Below are positions 14,493-29,801 of a stretch of 48,641 nucleotides of DNA, in pieces. The position numbers were made by a program, and so were the translations under genes. Numbering within the stretch: position 1 is the stretch's first letter; every line of letters begins with the position of its first letter. The notes beneath the pieces were generated by a model. It saw only the letters and a program-made list of their open reading frames with translations, did no database searches and was not told the origin of the DNA. Origin of the DNA: Reclinomonas americana ATCC 50394 (taxonomy: Eukaryota); NCBI GenBank assembly GCA_048213135.1, contig PS015369.1, positions 39,100 to 87,740 of the forward strand, written 5' to 3'.

Positions 14493-14734
14493 TTTTTTTT
14501 GGGGGGGAGAGATGTCGAGCTCTCACACACTCACTCACGCGCGCTTAAAGCACACAGACGATGCGGCGTGTAGGAGGATGCACGTGTGTGTGTGTGTGAC
14601 AGACAATGAAGGTTGCGTCTGTCTGTGCGCGTGTGTGAGTTGTGTGTCGTGTGTGTTGTGATTCGAGAGCTCGCGCGCGCGGGAAATCAAGTTGTCGCCG
14701 AAGTCACTTTGACGTAAGTCGGAGCAAACGCACA

Positions 14735-14990
14735 CACTTCACACACTTACACATCCTTACGCACACAAACGCACGCGTTGCACACGTTTGCACACTTTTG
14801 CACACTTTCTCACTCACAGTCGCGCACACTCTTGCACCCACAGAGAGAGAGAGAGAGACTTGCATATCCTTACGCACACAAACGCACACAAACGCATGCG
14901 TTGCACACGTTTGCACACACATCTGCACACTTTTCGCACACTTTAGCACACTTTTGCACACTTTCTCACACACAGTCGCGCGCACACATG
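14735..14990. repeat. Degenerate CA-rich direct repeat in the divergent intergenic region between the SAC9-like gene and Arp10
   Basis: atccttacgcacacaaacgca...gttgcacacgtttgcacac...cacttttgcacactttctcac...cacagtcgcgc occurs twice. Confidence 0.6.
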
Positions 14991-15163
14991 CACACACACA
15001 CACACACTGTCACAGTCGCACGCTTACACACATTCACATACTCACACACACTCCCTCACTTCCTCTCTCACTCACTCTTTCTCTCTATCACTCCACTTTG
15101 CACACTTCCACCTTCTCACACTTTGGTCGACTTCAGGCGTCACATACTTCCACTTTAGCCGAG

Positions 15164-17236
15164 ATGAGCAGCGCCGCTGTGCCTCCATCGTCATCGTCTG
15201 CGAGCAGTGCCACCACTGCTTCATCCGCTTCCGCTGCTGGTGCTGGTCCTTTGCCTGCACCATCATCTTCGTCATCATCTTCGTCATCTTCCAGTGGAGA
15301 GAATGTTGTCTTGTTGGAGATCGGCTCACGCTTTGTGCGGTGCGGATTCAGTGGAGACGCGCGACCGCGATTTCATATTGATTCGCCACCGCTGCTGTTG
15401 GGACCGCATGCGCTCATGTGGCGTGCGCGGGAGCTGTCGGCCAAGCAGCGCAAGCAGTACAAGACGCAGTTGGAGTTGTTCATTCGACACATCTTTCTCG
15501 AGTTGCGCTAACAGTGGCGTGTTGTTTTTTGTTGTTGTGTGTTGTGTTTTCGTGACACGTTCGCACTGCAGCTTCTTCTATGTGGAGCCGCGACACGTGT
15601 CGGCCATTGTGTGCCTCAACTTGCACATTCCCTCGTTCCTGGTGCGCTGTTTGACGGAGATTCTGCAGACGAACTTGCGGGTGAGTGCTGGAAGAGAAAG
15701 GAGGAGGATGGCGGATTGCTGACCAGTCGCTGCTTGCTACAGATACGGCACTTGCAGTTTCTCACCGCACAGCATGGTGCGATCTATGCCACGGGCAAGC
15801 AGTCGGGTATTGTGATTGACTGTGGGCTGTCGGAGACGCGAGTGCTGCCGGTGTACAACATGCAGTCGTTGGATACGTTTGCCTCGGTGGTGCCGTTTGG
15901 TCACCTCACTGCGCAGCGGGCGCTGGCGCGTGCTGTGGGTGAGTGGAAAGGGGAAGGGATGGGGGAAGGGGAAGGGGGTTATGTGAGAAGCGGGTATATT
16001 TCCTGGCGCACTTTGCGTGGAGTCCTCTCTGGGCACTAACCTTCCAGTATGGCCTTCCTTCATCAAGTTGTCTTTGTTGGGAGAGAGAGTCGTCTGAAAG
16101 AGACCTACTGAGACACGTGAGAGGGAGACAGCCACATACCTTGCTCTTTACCTCTCTCTCTCCTCCATCGTTGGTGGTGTGGAGTTACGGAGCACGAGAG
16201 AACGAGCATCGTCTGAACAAGACCACCAAAATACGTGAGAGTGTACAGCTCCTTTGCCAGACTTGAGGAGCAAGAGAACGAGAGGCATGGCTGCTGAGAA
16301 TGAGAGAATTGTGTATGACAACAGCTTCATTCTCTCTCGCTCCTTCGCAAACATGCGTCAATATCGTTCATTTCTATCTGCTGCCAACTTTTCTTCTTGA
16401 TTGTGTGGGCAGCACGAGAGATGAAGGATTCGTGCCTTGTCTTCCTCTTTCTCCTTTTCTCTCTCACTCTCCTCTCCTCGCCTTCTTTTCGTCCCTCCCT
16501 GCCTCTTCCTCACCCTTGAATCCCAATGTCAGGACTGTCCATTCCACGCGGCGCACGACCCAACCTCATGCTCACCGCGGAGAGCGGCAATGGCACACCC
16601 ACACTCCTCTCCGACCCGCGCCTGCTGGAGCCCCTCGACTGGGATCCCAACGTGGACCTCGAGTCAATGGCGCTGGCCGCCGCAGTGAGTCCGCTCTCCT
16701 CGCAGCCGCCCNNNNNNNNNNNNNNNNNNNNNNNNNNNNNNNNNNNNNNNNNNNNNNNNNNGGTGAGAGAGGGAGGGGAGACAATTTGCTCATGCGCTGT
16801 CCGCAGAGACGTGCACATTCCAGGCATTGTGCGGGGCACTGCTGCGCACTGCCTCGTGTATGATCACGACGGTGGTGCGGATGGAGAGGGCGCGACGCTG
16901 AGCACGGCCATTCTGTCGACGCTGCTGCGCTGTGATCTCGATCTGCGGCGGGAGCTGGCGGCGAACATTGTCGTGGCGGGCGGTGGCTTCATGATCACTG
17001 GCCTCCCCACTGCTCTACACCGACAGCTCGTGCACGATGTGGAGCACAAGGCCGAGTTCGCTGCACTACGAGGTATGATGACAATTGTGAGGATATGCCC
17101 GCACTCCCTTCCTGTGTACCCACAGTGTGTGTTTGTGTGCTGTGCAGGCCTCAAGTCGACACTGATGGTCAGCAAGCTCGCCGTGGACCCATTCCTCACC
17201 ACGTGGACCGGACTGGCGGTGCACAGCTGTTTGTGA
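15164..17236 (+). CDS. ACTR10: Actin-related protein 10/11 (dynactin pointed-end Arp)
   Basis: VLLEIGSRFVRCGFSGDARPR; ATGKQSGIVIDCGLSETRVLPVY; TLSTAILSTLLRCDLDLRRELAANIVVAGG. Multi-exon, with a small gap. Confidence 0.75.
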
Positions 17237-17431
17237 CGAGAAACAAATAAATAACAAGCGATACTTTACGCGAGAGGAATGTGGGGGACTTCATTCTTTC
17301 AGCCAGCGAGCGTGGCAGGCGTATTTCACATCTGCCAGCACGGCCCATAAAAAAAAAAGCAACCCCGCACACACACTCTCTCTGCCGTTAATGTGTCGCC
17401 GACTGCGGAACGGGCAGTCGCGAGTGCCTGC

Positions 17432-19268
<1,837 letters not shown>

Positions 19269-19677
19269 GGCTCGGAAGAATCGAGAGTTGTTTTACTGCA
19301 GAATTCCACAGTCCGGCCGATCGGTCGGGCGTGAGGTCTACACAATGATGAAAACAGAAAACGAGGATATCTGCACGCCCCATGCGCTGGCTGGATGGCC
19401 ACTTTCCACTGTATCCAACGCATCGATCTCGACCGCAGCTGCATTTTTTCTGTCGGACGCTTGTTCAACTTCCGAGCTCGAGGAGATCATGATCATCCCA
19501 TGGTGGAATCACGCAAGTTGTCACGTGAGGTGTGTGAAGGGGGAGCGAGAATGTGCCAGACGAGATGATCTTTCTCTTCCACAGACACAGACAGGAACGT
19601 TGCGTGTCGCGGCGGGTGCCGGACGACTTCGTTCGAATTCTCGCACGCGTACGCACCGAATTCGAAGAGCGCACGCA

Positions 19678-20794
19678 ATGACTGGCAAGGTGAGTGTGCA
19701 CAGTGCTTGCCCACAGCGTGCGCAGTGCTTGATGGCAGAGGTTCGTGCAGGTACTGCGAGGAGACTCGGGTTATCTGTCTGCAGTGGCTGTGACACCCGA
19801 CTCCATGCACATCGTGAGCGGCAGCCATGACAGGACTGTGCGAATGTGGTCGCTTGCAAGTGGCGAGCAGGTGCGCCGCGGCGCACTGCAAGGCCACGGG
19901 CAAGAGGTGAGGGCAGTGGCAGTGGCACCGGATGGCCAGCACTTCGTGAGTGGCAGTGATGACAAGACTGTACGAGTGTGGTCACTGGCAACTGGCAAGG
20001 AGGTGCGCCGACTGAGAGGCCACACGCGTTTTGTGTTAGCAGTGGCAGTGACACCCGATGGCCAGCACATTGTGAGTGGCGGTGGTGACTTGACTGCACG
20101 AGTGTGGTCACTGGCAACCGGCGAGGAGGTGCGCCGACTGGAAGGTCACACGAACACGGTGCTTGCAGTGGCAGTGACTCCAGATGGCCAACACGTTGTG
20201 AGCGGCAGTTGGGACCGCACTATACGAGTGTGGTTACTGGCAACCGGCGAGGAGGTGCGCCGGCTGGAAGGCCACACGAACACGGTGCTTGCAGTGGCAG
20301 TGACACTTGATGGCCAGCACATTGTGAGTGGCAGTGGTGACTTGACTGTACGAGTGTGGTCACTGGCAACCGGCGAGGAGGTGCGCCGGCTGGAAGGTCA
20401 CACAAATCGGGTGGTTGCAGTTGCAGTGACAGCCGATGGCCAGCACATTGTGAGCGGCAGTCATGACAAGACTATTCGAGTGTGGTCACTGGCCAGTGGC
20501 GAGGAGGTGCGCCGACTGGAAGGCCACAGAATGGGGGTGCTTGCAGTGGCAGTGACACCCGATGGCCATCACATTGTGAGTGGTGGTTATGACAGGACTG
20601 TCCGAGTGTGGCCCACGACACACTGCCATGCCCATGCCGAGCTGCAGGCCGCCAAGGAGGCCCACCAAGCCATAATCGAGATTCAGCCGCCGCCCGACGA
20701 GGGCGACGACCCGCGATGCCTCGTGGAGATTGTGCTGCGTTGCTTCATCGGCGAGGACGCAGAAGCTATTCTCTTTCGGTCGCCGACTTTTTGA
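19678..20794 (+). CDS. Seven-bladed WD40 protein with highly conserved internal 42-aa repeats
   Basis: ATG at 19678 (MTGK), intron 19690-19750, then 7 repeats of LEGHTxxVLAVAVTPDGQHIVSGSxDxTVRVWSLATGEEVRR and a short unique C-terminus. Confidence 0.9.
19885..20612 (+). repeat. 126-bp tandem coding repeat (WD40 units 2-7)
   Basis: Near-identical nucleotide units, e.g. cgagtgtggtcactggcaaccggcgaggaggtgcgccg recurring at about 126-nt spacing. Confidence 0.9.
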
Positions 20795-20827
20795 GCGCAT
20801 GCGCAAGTCGCACCGACGGAGTCTTTG

Positions 20828-20873
<46 letters not shown>

Positions 20874-21876
20874 GAGAGAGAGAGAGAAGAGAGAGAAGAC
20901 ACACAGAGAGACAATAATTAACGTTACGTAGTAGTCGTCGTACGTACGTAACGTACGTACGAACGTAACGCGTACGTACTTACCTACCGACCGACGAACG
21001 TACGNNNNNNNNNNNNNNNNNNNNNNNNNNNNNNNNNNNNNNNNNNNNNNNNNNNNNNNNNNNNNNNNNNNNNNNNNNNNNNNNNNNNNNNNNNNNNNNN
21101 NNNNNNNNNNNNNNNNNNNNNNNNNNNNNNNNNNNNNNNNNNNNNNNNNNNNNNNNNNNNNNNNNNNNNNNNNNNNNNNNNNNNNNNNNNNNNNNNNNNN
21201 NNNNNNNNNNNNNNNNNNNNNNNNNNNNNNNNNNNNNNNNNNNNNNNNNNNNNNNNNNNNNNNNNNNNNNNNNNNNNNNNNNNNNNNNNNNNNNNNNNNN
21301 NNNNNNNNNNNNNNNNNNNNNNNNNNNNNNNNNNNNNNNNNNNNNNNNNNNAACCGTAAGGGGTAACGTTTTTACGGGGTTACGGTAAAACGTCCGCGAC
21401 ATTGACCAGGTCCAGAGCAAAGCTTGCGAAGCCAGTTGCACAGATGAGACGGGGAGAGAGAGAGAGAGAAAGAGAGAGAAAGCACCACTGAGTGACATAA
21501 TTAACGTTCATGGCTGCGTACAAGTCGAGAACTGCGATCTTCACCGCACAAGCGTGGCTGACCAGTGGATTTGACGCACTTGTTAAGGTAATTGACCGCA
21601 GCAAAGCTGGGTCCGGTTCAAGAAGCTATCCGGGATCCGTGGTCATGGATACGGCAACGTAGAACAGGCGTCATCCGGATCGATATCCTGAACGTAACGA
21701 TCGCGACCGCGACGTTCGTCTAAGATCGCGATCGCCGTTCGAATTCGAGCGCAGCAAGGCTGCCACGGACTGTAGAATAGTGTCACAACGGTCACCAGAG
21801 CGGTACACTCGGCTCAGAATGGCCAACGTCGAGAGACAAGATCGTCGACGTCCTTCGTAGTTTTTCTGACACAAGA

Positions 21877-24520
21877 ATGATCAGGCCGCTGCCGAGCGCA
21901 GCACGCTGGTTCAAGGACGCTCTGTCGTTCTGGCTCGCTGCTCGCTCGGGCGCGATCCTATGCTCTCCATACAATCCATACACCTCCTGGATGACAGTCG
22001 CATCATCATCATCTTCATCATCTTCATCGTCATCATCCGCCAGCAACGCAGTGGCGAGTGACGGCAGTGGTGGGGATGCGATGGCCATGGATCACCAAGG
22101 CGAGGCGTATACCACAGATGCCGTGGCGCACACCAGTGGACCCATTCCTTTTTGTGCCACTCTCGAGTCGTACTATGGGTACTGGCTGCTGTTCCTCATT
22201 GTCTTTGCTGTTGCGTTTCGCGATTGTGACGGCAGGGGAGAGCGTGTGTGTGAGAGAGATGCGAGAGCGCGTGTGGCGCGAAGATCCATCATCAATGTGT
22301 TCGTTATTTTTCTCTCTCTCGCGTCGTGATCACGCGATGCTCCTCTTGTGCTGTCTGCGCTTGGGTTCAGCTGCGTCTGTGATCGTGGGGTTCATCGAGT
22401 GCGATCATCTGCTCAATCCGTCGTTCGTTGTCTCTCTGGATCTCTGCAGCAGTCAAGAGTGACAGTTGTCCTTGGGATGATCGCTGTCTCTCTGTCGCTC
22501 ATTCTGTGCAATCTCTTCGTGCTGGCGACTGGATCTCATGTCCTTAGCTGACGCTCACCTCAATCAGCCATTTCGCTCAGCTGTCTGTGATTGGCGCACC
22601 TCTCTCTCTCTCGTTCCCCGTCTATTCGTGATGTACTGGATCTCTGCAGTCACGGGTGACTGTTGTCTCTGGCGGGTCGGTTCGTAGTGGATCTGTCTCA
22701 TCTCTCTGTGTATTCTCTTTCTTATCTCGCCATGTCCTTGGCAAATCGCTGTCCACGACAATGCTGTTCACCATTCGTTGACATCCGGATCTGTTGTCCG
22801 TGGGTTGATCGCTGTCTCTCTGTCGCTCATTCTGTGCAATCTCTTCGTGTTGGCGACTGGATCTCCTGTCGTTAGTTGATGCTGTCCATCGCAATGCTAT
22901 CTCTCACCTCAATCAGCCATTTCTTTGTGAACTCTTCGTGTGGACAACTGGATCAGTTGTCCGTGGCTGATCGCTGTCTCTCCCGCTCCTCGCCTCTCTC
23001 ACTTGTCAATTCATCCACCATGCCTCTTTGCGTTGCTCAGCACTTTCCCCCTTCCCCTTCTCCCTCTCCTTCACCCCCTTCCCCGCCTTCTCTCCTCTGC
23101 AGACCCTCGGCGAAATCCACCACCAACTCCTCCGCCGCCTCCTGCGACCCTTCCCCGTCATTCGACAACCCGACGGCCTGCTGGTGGTGGAGGACGCGGC
23201 GGCCGCCGGACCCGTGCAGCTGGTGGTGACCGCATACAATCTCAAGTGGGCGCTCCTGGGTGCCCTGGCGCTCGTCATCTTCACCATGGCCGATCTGCTG
23301 ACACCGCTGCCTTTCTCGGGTCGCACAGGTCTCTCTCATTGTCTTCTTTGTCCCACGAAGCTCTTTCCCCTTACACTCCTCCTTCTTTGCAGCCTCGCCC
23401 TCCTCTGATCCCTCCAGTGTGCTGGTGCAGTGGCAACTCGTGCCGACGCTGCTCGTGTGCGCCGTCGTTGCCGGCGTGCTGGAGCTGGTGCACCGTGCTG
23501 CGCACCACAAGGTCTCCTGGTTCGCGCTCTTTCCCAACGCCAACTGCGTCCTCTTTCTGGTGCTCCTGGTACGCGGTGCCGGACAGCCCATACCGGCCTG
23601 GCTGGCCATCATGTCCACCTCCGGTACCTTTGCGTGGCCGACGGTGCTCTGGCTCTTGTGGTTTCGCGGCTACACCGTGGCCGAGTACTCGTACCTGTTC
23701 GTGGCGGTCGGCTTCCTCTCCATCTACTCGATTGTGCACGGCTCCTTCACCATCGTCAACATGCTGCTGGCCATCGGGCAGGAGATTGGCCGCGTGCACG
23801 CGGAGCACGACATGCAGGAGCGTCTGCAGGCGGCGCACGGCGGGCCAGTGCATGGTACGCACCAAAGGGGGGCAGTCGCACACGCACACACGCCACCACA
23901 CACACGCTCACACTCTGTCATTCGCAGGCCTCGTGGAGTATCTGCGCGCGTCACCGGCCGAGCTGCGCAGTCGACTGAATCCGAGCCAGCGGCAGGCACT
24001 GGCACGGGAGCTGATGAATCGAGCGCTCGCGCTGCAGGAGGTCGATGAGGAACCCGTGTCGTCTCCGCCGGATCCTGTGCAGGCGATTGACGTGCCGCTG
24101 TACTGCCCGGTGTGCACGGGGCCGCAGAACGACGCACCGCCGCAGGAGGACGCACTGCTGGTGCCACCGTCGCACAAGCTGATTCCGTGCGGGCATGCCT
24201 TTTGCCGCGAGTGCATCGAGGCAGTGGAGGACGCACCGCACTTGGCCGGCCGCTGTCCGATGTGCTTGAATCCCGTCATCGGGCAGGAGCCCATCCAGTA
24301 CGCTGCGCGCGAGCCACGCGGTGCACAGGTCGATGTGCAGCGACACACCGCAGCCGAGGTGAATCGACTGCTCGAGCGATTGCAGAACGGACCGGAGCTG
24401 CTGCACCGATTGTCGTCCGCGGCACAGCAGGCCGTTCGCAGCAGCTTGGAAAGATATCGAGCAGTGAGCGTGGGGGGCGCCAGTGCCAGCGGCCTCCACG
24501 CGCACGCCAAGCAAGAATGA
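21877..24520 (+). CDS. Multi-pass membrane protein with C-terminal C3HC4 RING finger (putative membrane E3 ligase), 4 exons
   Basis: Several hydrophobic segments; CPVC...CGHAFCREC...CPMC; intron 22210-23102 joins LIVFA|TLGEI in frame. Confidence 0.7.
22430..22985. repeat. Intronic degenerate direct repeat (about 328-bp period)
   Basis: tgatcgctgtctctctgtcgctcattctgtgcaatctcttcgtg at 22478 and 22806, with a partial copy at about 22968. Confidence 0.8.
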
Positions 24521-24774
24521 GCTTGTGTACATGCATATGTGCAATAAGGTTAACTATTTATGAAACGGCAATGCCAATAATCGCTGCTTGCCTTTGTCGG
24601 CTGTGATCAAGAGCGGCTTCCGACCTCTTCTTCGCTATGCGAGCATCTTTCACAGGCGACGTGGTACCGTAGACAAAGATGGTCGCCATTGCCGGGTTTT
24701 CGGCAACCAACCAGTCATTTGACAGGACGAGGAACCTGTCATTCATTCACCGCGACTGAGAGAGAACTCACAAA

Positions 24775-27700
24775 ATGTCGGCCCCCGTCACGCGCGCCAA
24801 TGCACGTGTGATTAACCGCGGCCCCAGCGGAGGTGCTGGTGGCGCACAAGCCGCTCAACAGCAGCAACAGCAACAGCCGCAGGCGCCGCCACCACGCGCC
24901 AGCGTTGCTTCTTCTTCTTCTTCGTCCGCCCCTGCTCCTCCTCCTCCGCCACCTCCGGTGGTTTCCGCTGCTGCTCCCCCACCACCACCACCACCACCAC
25001 CACCACAAGCCGCACCAGTTGAGCAGGCGCAGAGATCACCGCGCTTTGCCACGCCCTCAGGAGAGTCGGAGAAGGCCGCCACCTCCGCCGCCGCATTGTC
25101 TGATGGTTTGTTGTTGTGAGACCGCCATGTCCTCACGCAGGGCAGGCATTCCCCCCTCCACACACACACACGCACACGCTCTCCTTCGTCTTCATCGCTC
25201 CCCATTGCTGACTGAGGGATTCCACATGAGCGAGCGAGCGCACACGCGTTCTGACACTTTTTTTGCACGTGCTCCCACACTTCGCCGGTCGCACTTAATC
25301 ATGCACTAAAATCAACTCTACACAATCACATCGCTTTCTCTCTCTCGCTCTCGCTCTCTTCTTGTGCCCCCTTTTCCTATCCGCGGCGTCGTGTTTGCCG
25401 TGTGCTGTGCGTGTCCATCTGACAAGAGGCGCACATCTCACAGAGGGCACTCGGAAGCGAGAAGAGTTCGAAATGGCCAAGCAAATGGTTCTGCGCGAGG
25501 AGCGATTCTCCGAGGCGCTGGTGCTGCTGCAGGAGAGCGTGCAGTACTTTGAGGGTGTCATGGGTCCCGATGACGTGCTGGCACTGGAGGCATCGTATTG
25601 GCTCGGTGTTGTGCTGTTGGAGTTGGATCAAGTCGACCGCGCCGAGCAGGTGCTGAGCGAGGCACGTGATCGGTGCCAACGGGTGTTTGGCAGCTCCAAC
25701 ACGTACACGCTTATGACGGCGTTGGAGTGCGAAAAGGCACGAAACAGAAACCACACTAGCACCAAAGGTACACGCGCGCGCACGCGCGCTGAGTTCTCGT
25801 TAATTGTAATACTCACCACGCTCCTGTTTGTGTGCTTGTAGCGGCGGCCGAGATGCAGATCCAGGGGCTGACCGAGGACTATGCGCAGCTGCAGCGGGAG
25901 AATCAGGAGCTGAAGGATGCGTACAGGAAACTGCACGAAGACAACGAGATGCTGCGTGAACAGCACGCCAATGCTCGTGTGCCTGTCGTCGACGAGGGCA
26001 ATCCACTGAATTTGCCCGCCGGTGAGTGTCGCGCTGCTGCTCCTCCCCCATCATGCGTGTCACTAACTCTTCTGGGGGCGGCGATGCAGCGGAGACGAGC
26101 GCGCATACTGGTGCACGCAGGGCTGTGCGCGAAATCATTGACCCACTGAAGCCGTCGGAGATTATCAAGTCCGTCGGCAACCCAGACGAGCACGACAGAC
26201 ACTCCAAGGACGAGCTTCGTGTGTCGGTCGCCCAGAGCCTGGAGCAGTGGACTGTTGCGCTGCAGCCGCTGGTTCGTGATGGTGCAGCGGCGGTCGGCGC
26301 CGCCGAGGGCTCCTATCATCGACGCCTGCATCAGCGCGTCAGAAAGGTGGCCCGCNNNNNNNNNNNNNNNNNNNNCGAACTCACCACCACGTGGAAGAGA
26401 GCAATCGAGGACATTCCGCGTCGTTTGGCCGAGGCCAAGGAGCGGGCCGCACAAATGGAGGCCGCCAGCCGCGACGAGCGCAGTCAGCTGATTGCGCAGT
26501 TGCAGATCAACAGCGTGCGGCTCGACGAGTTGGAGCGCGTTCGGCAGCAGCTGGAGCAGGAGACAACTGTGTGCGAGGATGTGACGCATCGTCTGCGGCA
26601 ACGCACCAAGGCGGTGGAGCACGTCTGCGAGCAGGTGGTGCACTGGGCGCCGCAGGTGCTAAAGGATGCACGCCAGGCGACTGCCAACGAGCTGGTCGCG
26701 TGGCAATCGGACGCCGACGAGAGGCACGCACGGCGCAACGCCACCGACGAAACCGTGGAGCTCTGCAAGGAGGAGCTGAAGACGCGAATCGGGCGCTACG
26801 CGTTGCTGAAGGAGGTGAGCAGGGGGTGGGAGCAAAGGAGTGAGGGAGGGAGGGAGGGAGGGAGCCACAGATATTGACGCCTGTGCGAGTGGGGTTAGTC
26901 TTTGGTCTCATAGACTTGTGTGTGTGCGTGTGCGTGTCTGTAGGCACTGCGGGAGGTGGCCACCAAGAACGCCCAGTGGAAGATGAAGAGAATGCCGTCC
27001 ATGGTCAAGCAGGATGAGGAGGAGGAGATCAAGGGCAAGGCCAGTGCTGCTGGTGCCGATGCACGAGAGTGGCTGGCAAAGTCTATTGAATTCGCCGCCA
27101 CGTGGAAGTACCGCAGTCGTGAGGAGGCGCGCGTGGAGTTCCACGAGATCGCCATCTCGGAGCTGCGGCAGCAGCTGCAGGGCGCGCCACCGAGCGAGAT
27201 GCTTGACGAATGTTGCGTCCTCGACATTGTGTGATCACTGTTATTCGTGCCTCATTTGGATCGCTGCACAGTGTGCCTGCCTACCGATGGTCTGTCGAGT
27301 CACTCGCTGCAGACGCTGGACTCGCTGTCACAGTCGCATTCGGGTCCGGTGGACGTGCAACAGCGTCGCGAGTCGCGCACATCAGTGCAAAACATTCTGA
27401 ACCAAATGTTCAAGTCAGCCGCCCCCGAGAGTGTCAAGTACGAGGACGAGCGACTGGAGATCGAGTTCCGCGTATCGGCACTATCCGAGAGTTGCGCGGA
27501 AAAAAAGAGATAGCAGGCCAGCCGCTCACTGTCTGTTTGTGTGCGTGCTCGCTCACCTCTTGTTGCTGCAGTTGTTGGCGACCCAGATGAGTCGACTCTG
27601 GCACAACAATCGGCGCACGCGGTGCGTGTGGCACAACACGCACTGGGCAGCCTTTTGCGTGATCGGAACACGGCTGCCGTGCCGCAGGTCAATCGCGTCT

Positions 27701-27951
27701 CGTCTTCGCGGGTGGTGCTGACGGCGCACATTGGTGGACCCGACCGTCTGGTGGCGCTGGGTGCACCGAACGGCGCCCTCGCCCACGCCATTAGTGTGGC
27801 CAGTCGCGATCTGGATGGTGCTTCAGTCGAGGACCTGCTGCAAGACGAGGGACCCATTGAGCCGCTCGCCGCCGTCCTTGCCGCTGTGGCAGCGCGGCAC
27901 GCTATAGTTTCACCGGTGGCGTCAGGTGCCTCCGGTTCCGCCGCACAGTGA
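24775..27951 (+). CDS. Pro-rich N-terminus, TPR-like pair and long coiled-coil; unknown function, about 7 exons
   Basis: EALVLLQESVQYFEGVMGPDDVLALEASYWLGVVLLELDQVDRAEQVLSEARDRCQRVFG resembles kinesin-light-chain-type TPRs; heptad-rich exons; in-frame GT-AG introns. Confidence 0.6.
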
Positions 27952-28159
27952 ACAAGTAAAGTAGGGCAAGATAAGAGGAGTGGAAGTGAATCCGTCGAAT
28001 CAATCAATCAGTTGTCTTTGCAGCGTGTTGGTGAGCAAAGGAAACGCGCCTTTGCATCCTTTCCTTCTCTCCCTCTTCTCGCACCCTTTCTCTCTCTCTC
28101 TCTCTCTCACACACACTCACTCAATATATCTCACTCTGATTTGTGGTGTGTGTAGCAAC

Positions 28160-29393
28160 ATGTCCGCCTCCAAGACTCGCGCTCCGCGCCTCCTCGTGAC
28201 CCTGCTGGTGCTCCTCGTGGCACTGTGCTGCCATGCGTCTGCCTCAGGTGAGTGGATGCGCATGCGCTAGCAGTTTGTCAGTGTGTTCAGATTTGTGGGT
28301 TTGCTTCTCTTTTGTTTTCTCTCCCGCCCGCGCGTTGTTGGTTTCCTTCCTTCCTTTCACACCCGCGTCGGCACCACTGTTGCCTTCTTCGTTGTGCACA
28401 TTTCTCCCTCGCGCCACCGCGTTCACGCAGAGTGCGTGGGGAGATATTTTTATGCGGAACATGAATGTGCGGTTAAGCGCGCGAAAAATTTTCGCGCGCG
28501 CGCGAGAAATGTGTTCCTTTCTCTTTTCCAACGGTCTCGCTTTCCCGCCTTTCGTGTATTTCCGTTCTCCGCCTGTGTTGAATGCACTCACATAGAAGGG
28601 GGCTGTATGCGATGTTATGTGTGTTCAGTTCGGATCGGGCGTGCTGTATTCGCTGTCTCACATGCATACGCCTTTTGCATTCTCTCCCTTTTCTACAGTC
28701 CTCACCCCCGCCAACTTCGCCATCAAGGCCGGTGTCGACAACCAGTCGGTGGACTTCTCCATCGCCTCCAATCCCGCCCCTGTGGTTCCCGGCACCTCCA
28801 CCGCCACCCTCTTCACCGACCGCTCGTGCACGGGCGCGTCGACGTCGCTGACCTCAGTCACCATCGTCACCCCCACGTCGCTGACGTTCTCGGCTGCTGG
28901 CGACATCCACGGTGGAGAGCGTTACTTGTGCATCGACCTGGACGGCGCCGGCGGAGCGACATACCGCAACGAGTTTGTGGCCACGGTGTTTGTCTGTTGC
29001 GTCTTGCATTATTGCGTGTCCTGTGTGTCGATCGTCCTCTCCTCACTCACCTCCGTCGCTGTCTTCTCCGCAGTCACCATCGATGTGGACACTGCGGCAC
29101 ACGAAATCGTGAATGGCCTCGCCGCATACCGCCTCACCGTCACCGGCAATCACTTTGCCAACCGCCAGTTGGGCAGTGGTGGCTCGTTTGGTCTGTACGC
29201 GTCGTCCACATGCGCTGGATCGCCAGCCAGCGACTCGAGTGTGACGCTGCAGTCCAGTGATCCGACCACGCAGTACGTGGTGTTCTCGGTGGCGACTGGT
29301 GGCTCGTTTGGACAGGGTGCTCTCGGCGCCACTGCCACTGGCACATGCACACTGACTGCTCCCGGCGTGTACTACCTGTGTGGCAAGTTGAGC

Positions 29394-29447
<54 letters not shown>

Positions 29448-29744
29448 CGAGAGAGAGACGTCGTCGTCGTACGTACGTTCGTTCTTCTCTCTCTCTCTCT
29501 CTACTACTACCACCTACCTACCTCCTCCTCTCTCTTCTCTCCTTCCTTCCTTCCTTCCTTCCTTTCCCGTTCCGTCGTCGTCGTCGTACGTACGTTACCG
29601 TTCGTCGTCGGNNNNNNNNNNNNNNNNNNNNCGGTCGTCGGCCGCCCGTACGTCCGACCTACCGGTCGACCGAACTACGTACGACACCTACGACTACGTC
29701 GTCCGCCGGTCGTCGTACCTACGTCGTGGTCGACGTAGTAGACG

Positions 29745-29801
<57 letters not shown>

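Noticed and set aside
19885-20612. Regularly spaced repeats as a possible CRISPR array
   Set aside because: They are in-frame WD40 coding units with no unique spacers, in a eukaryotic context with no cas genes.
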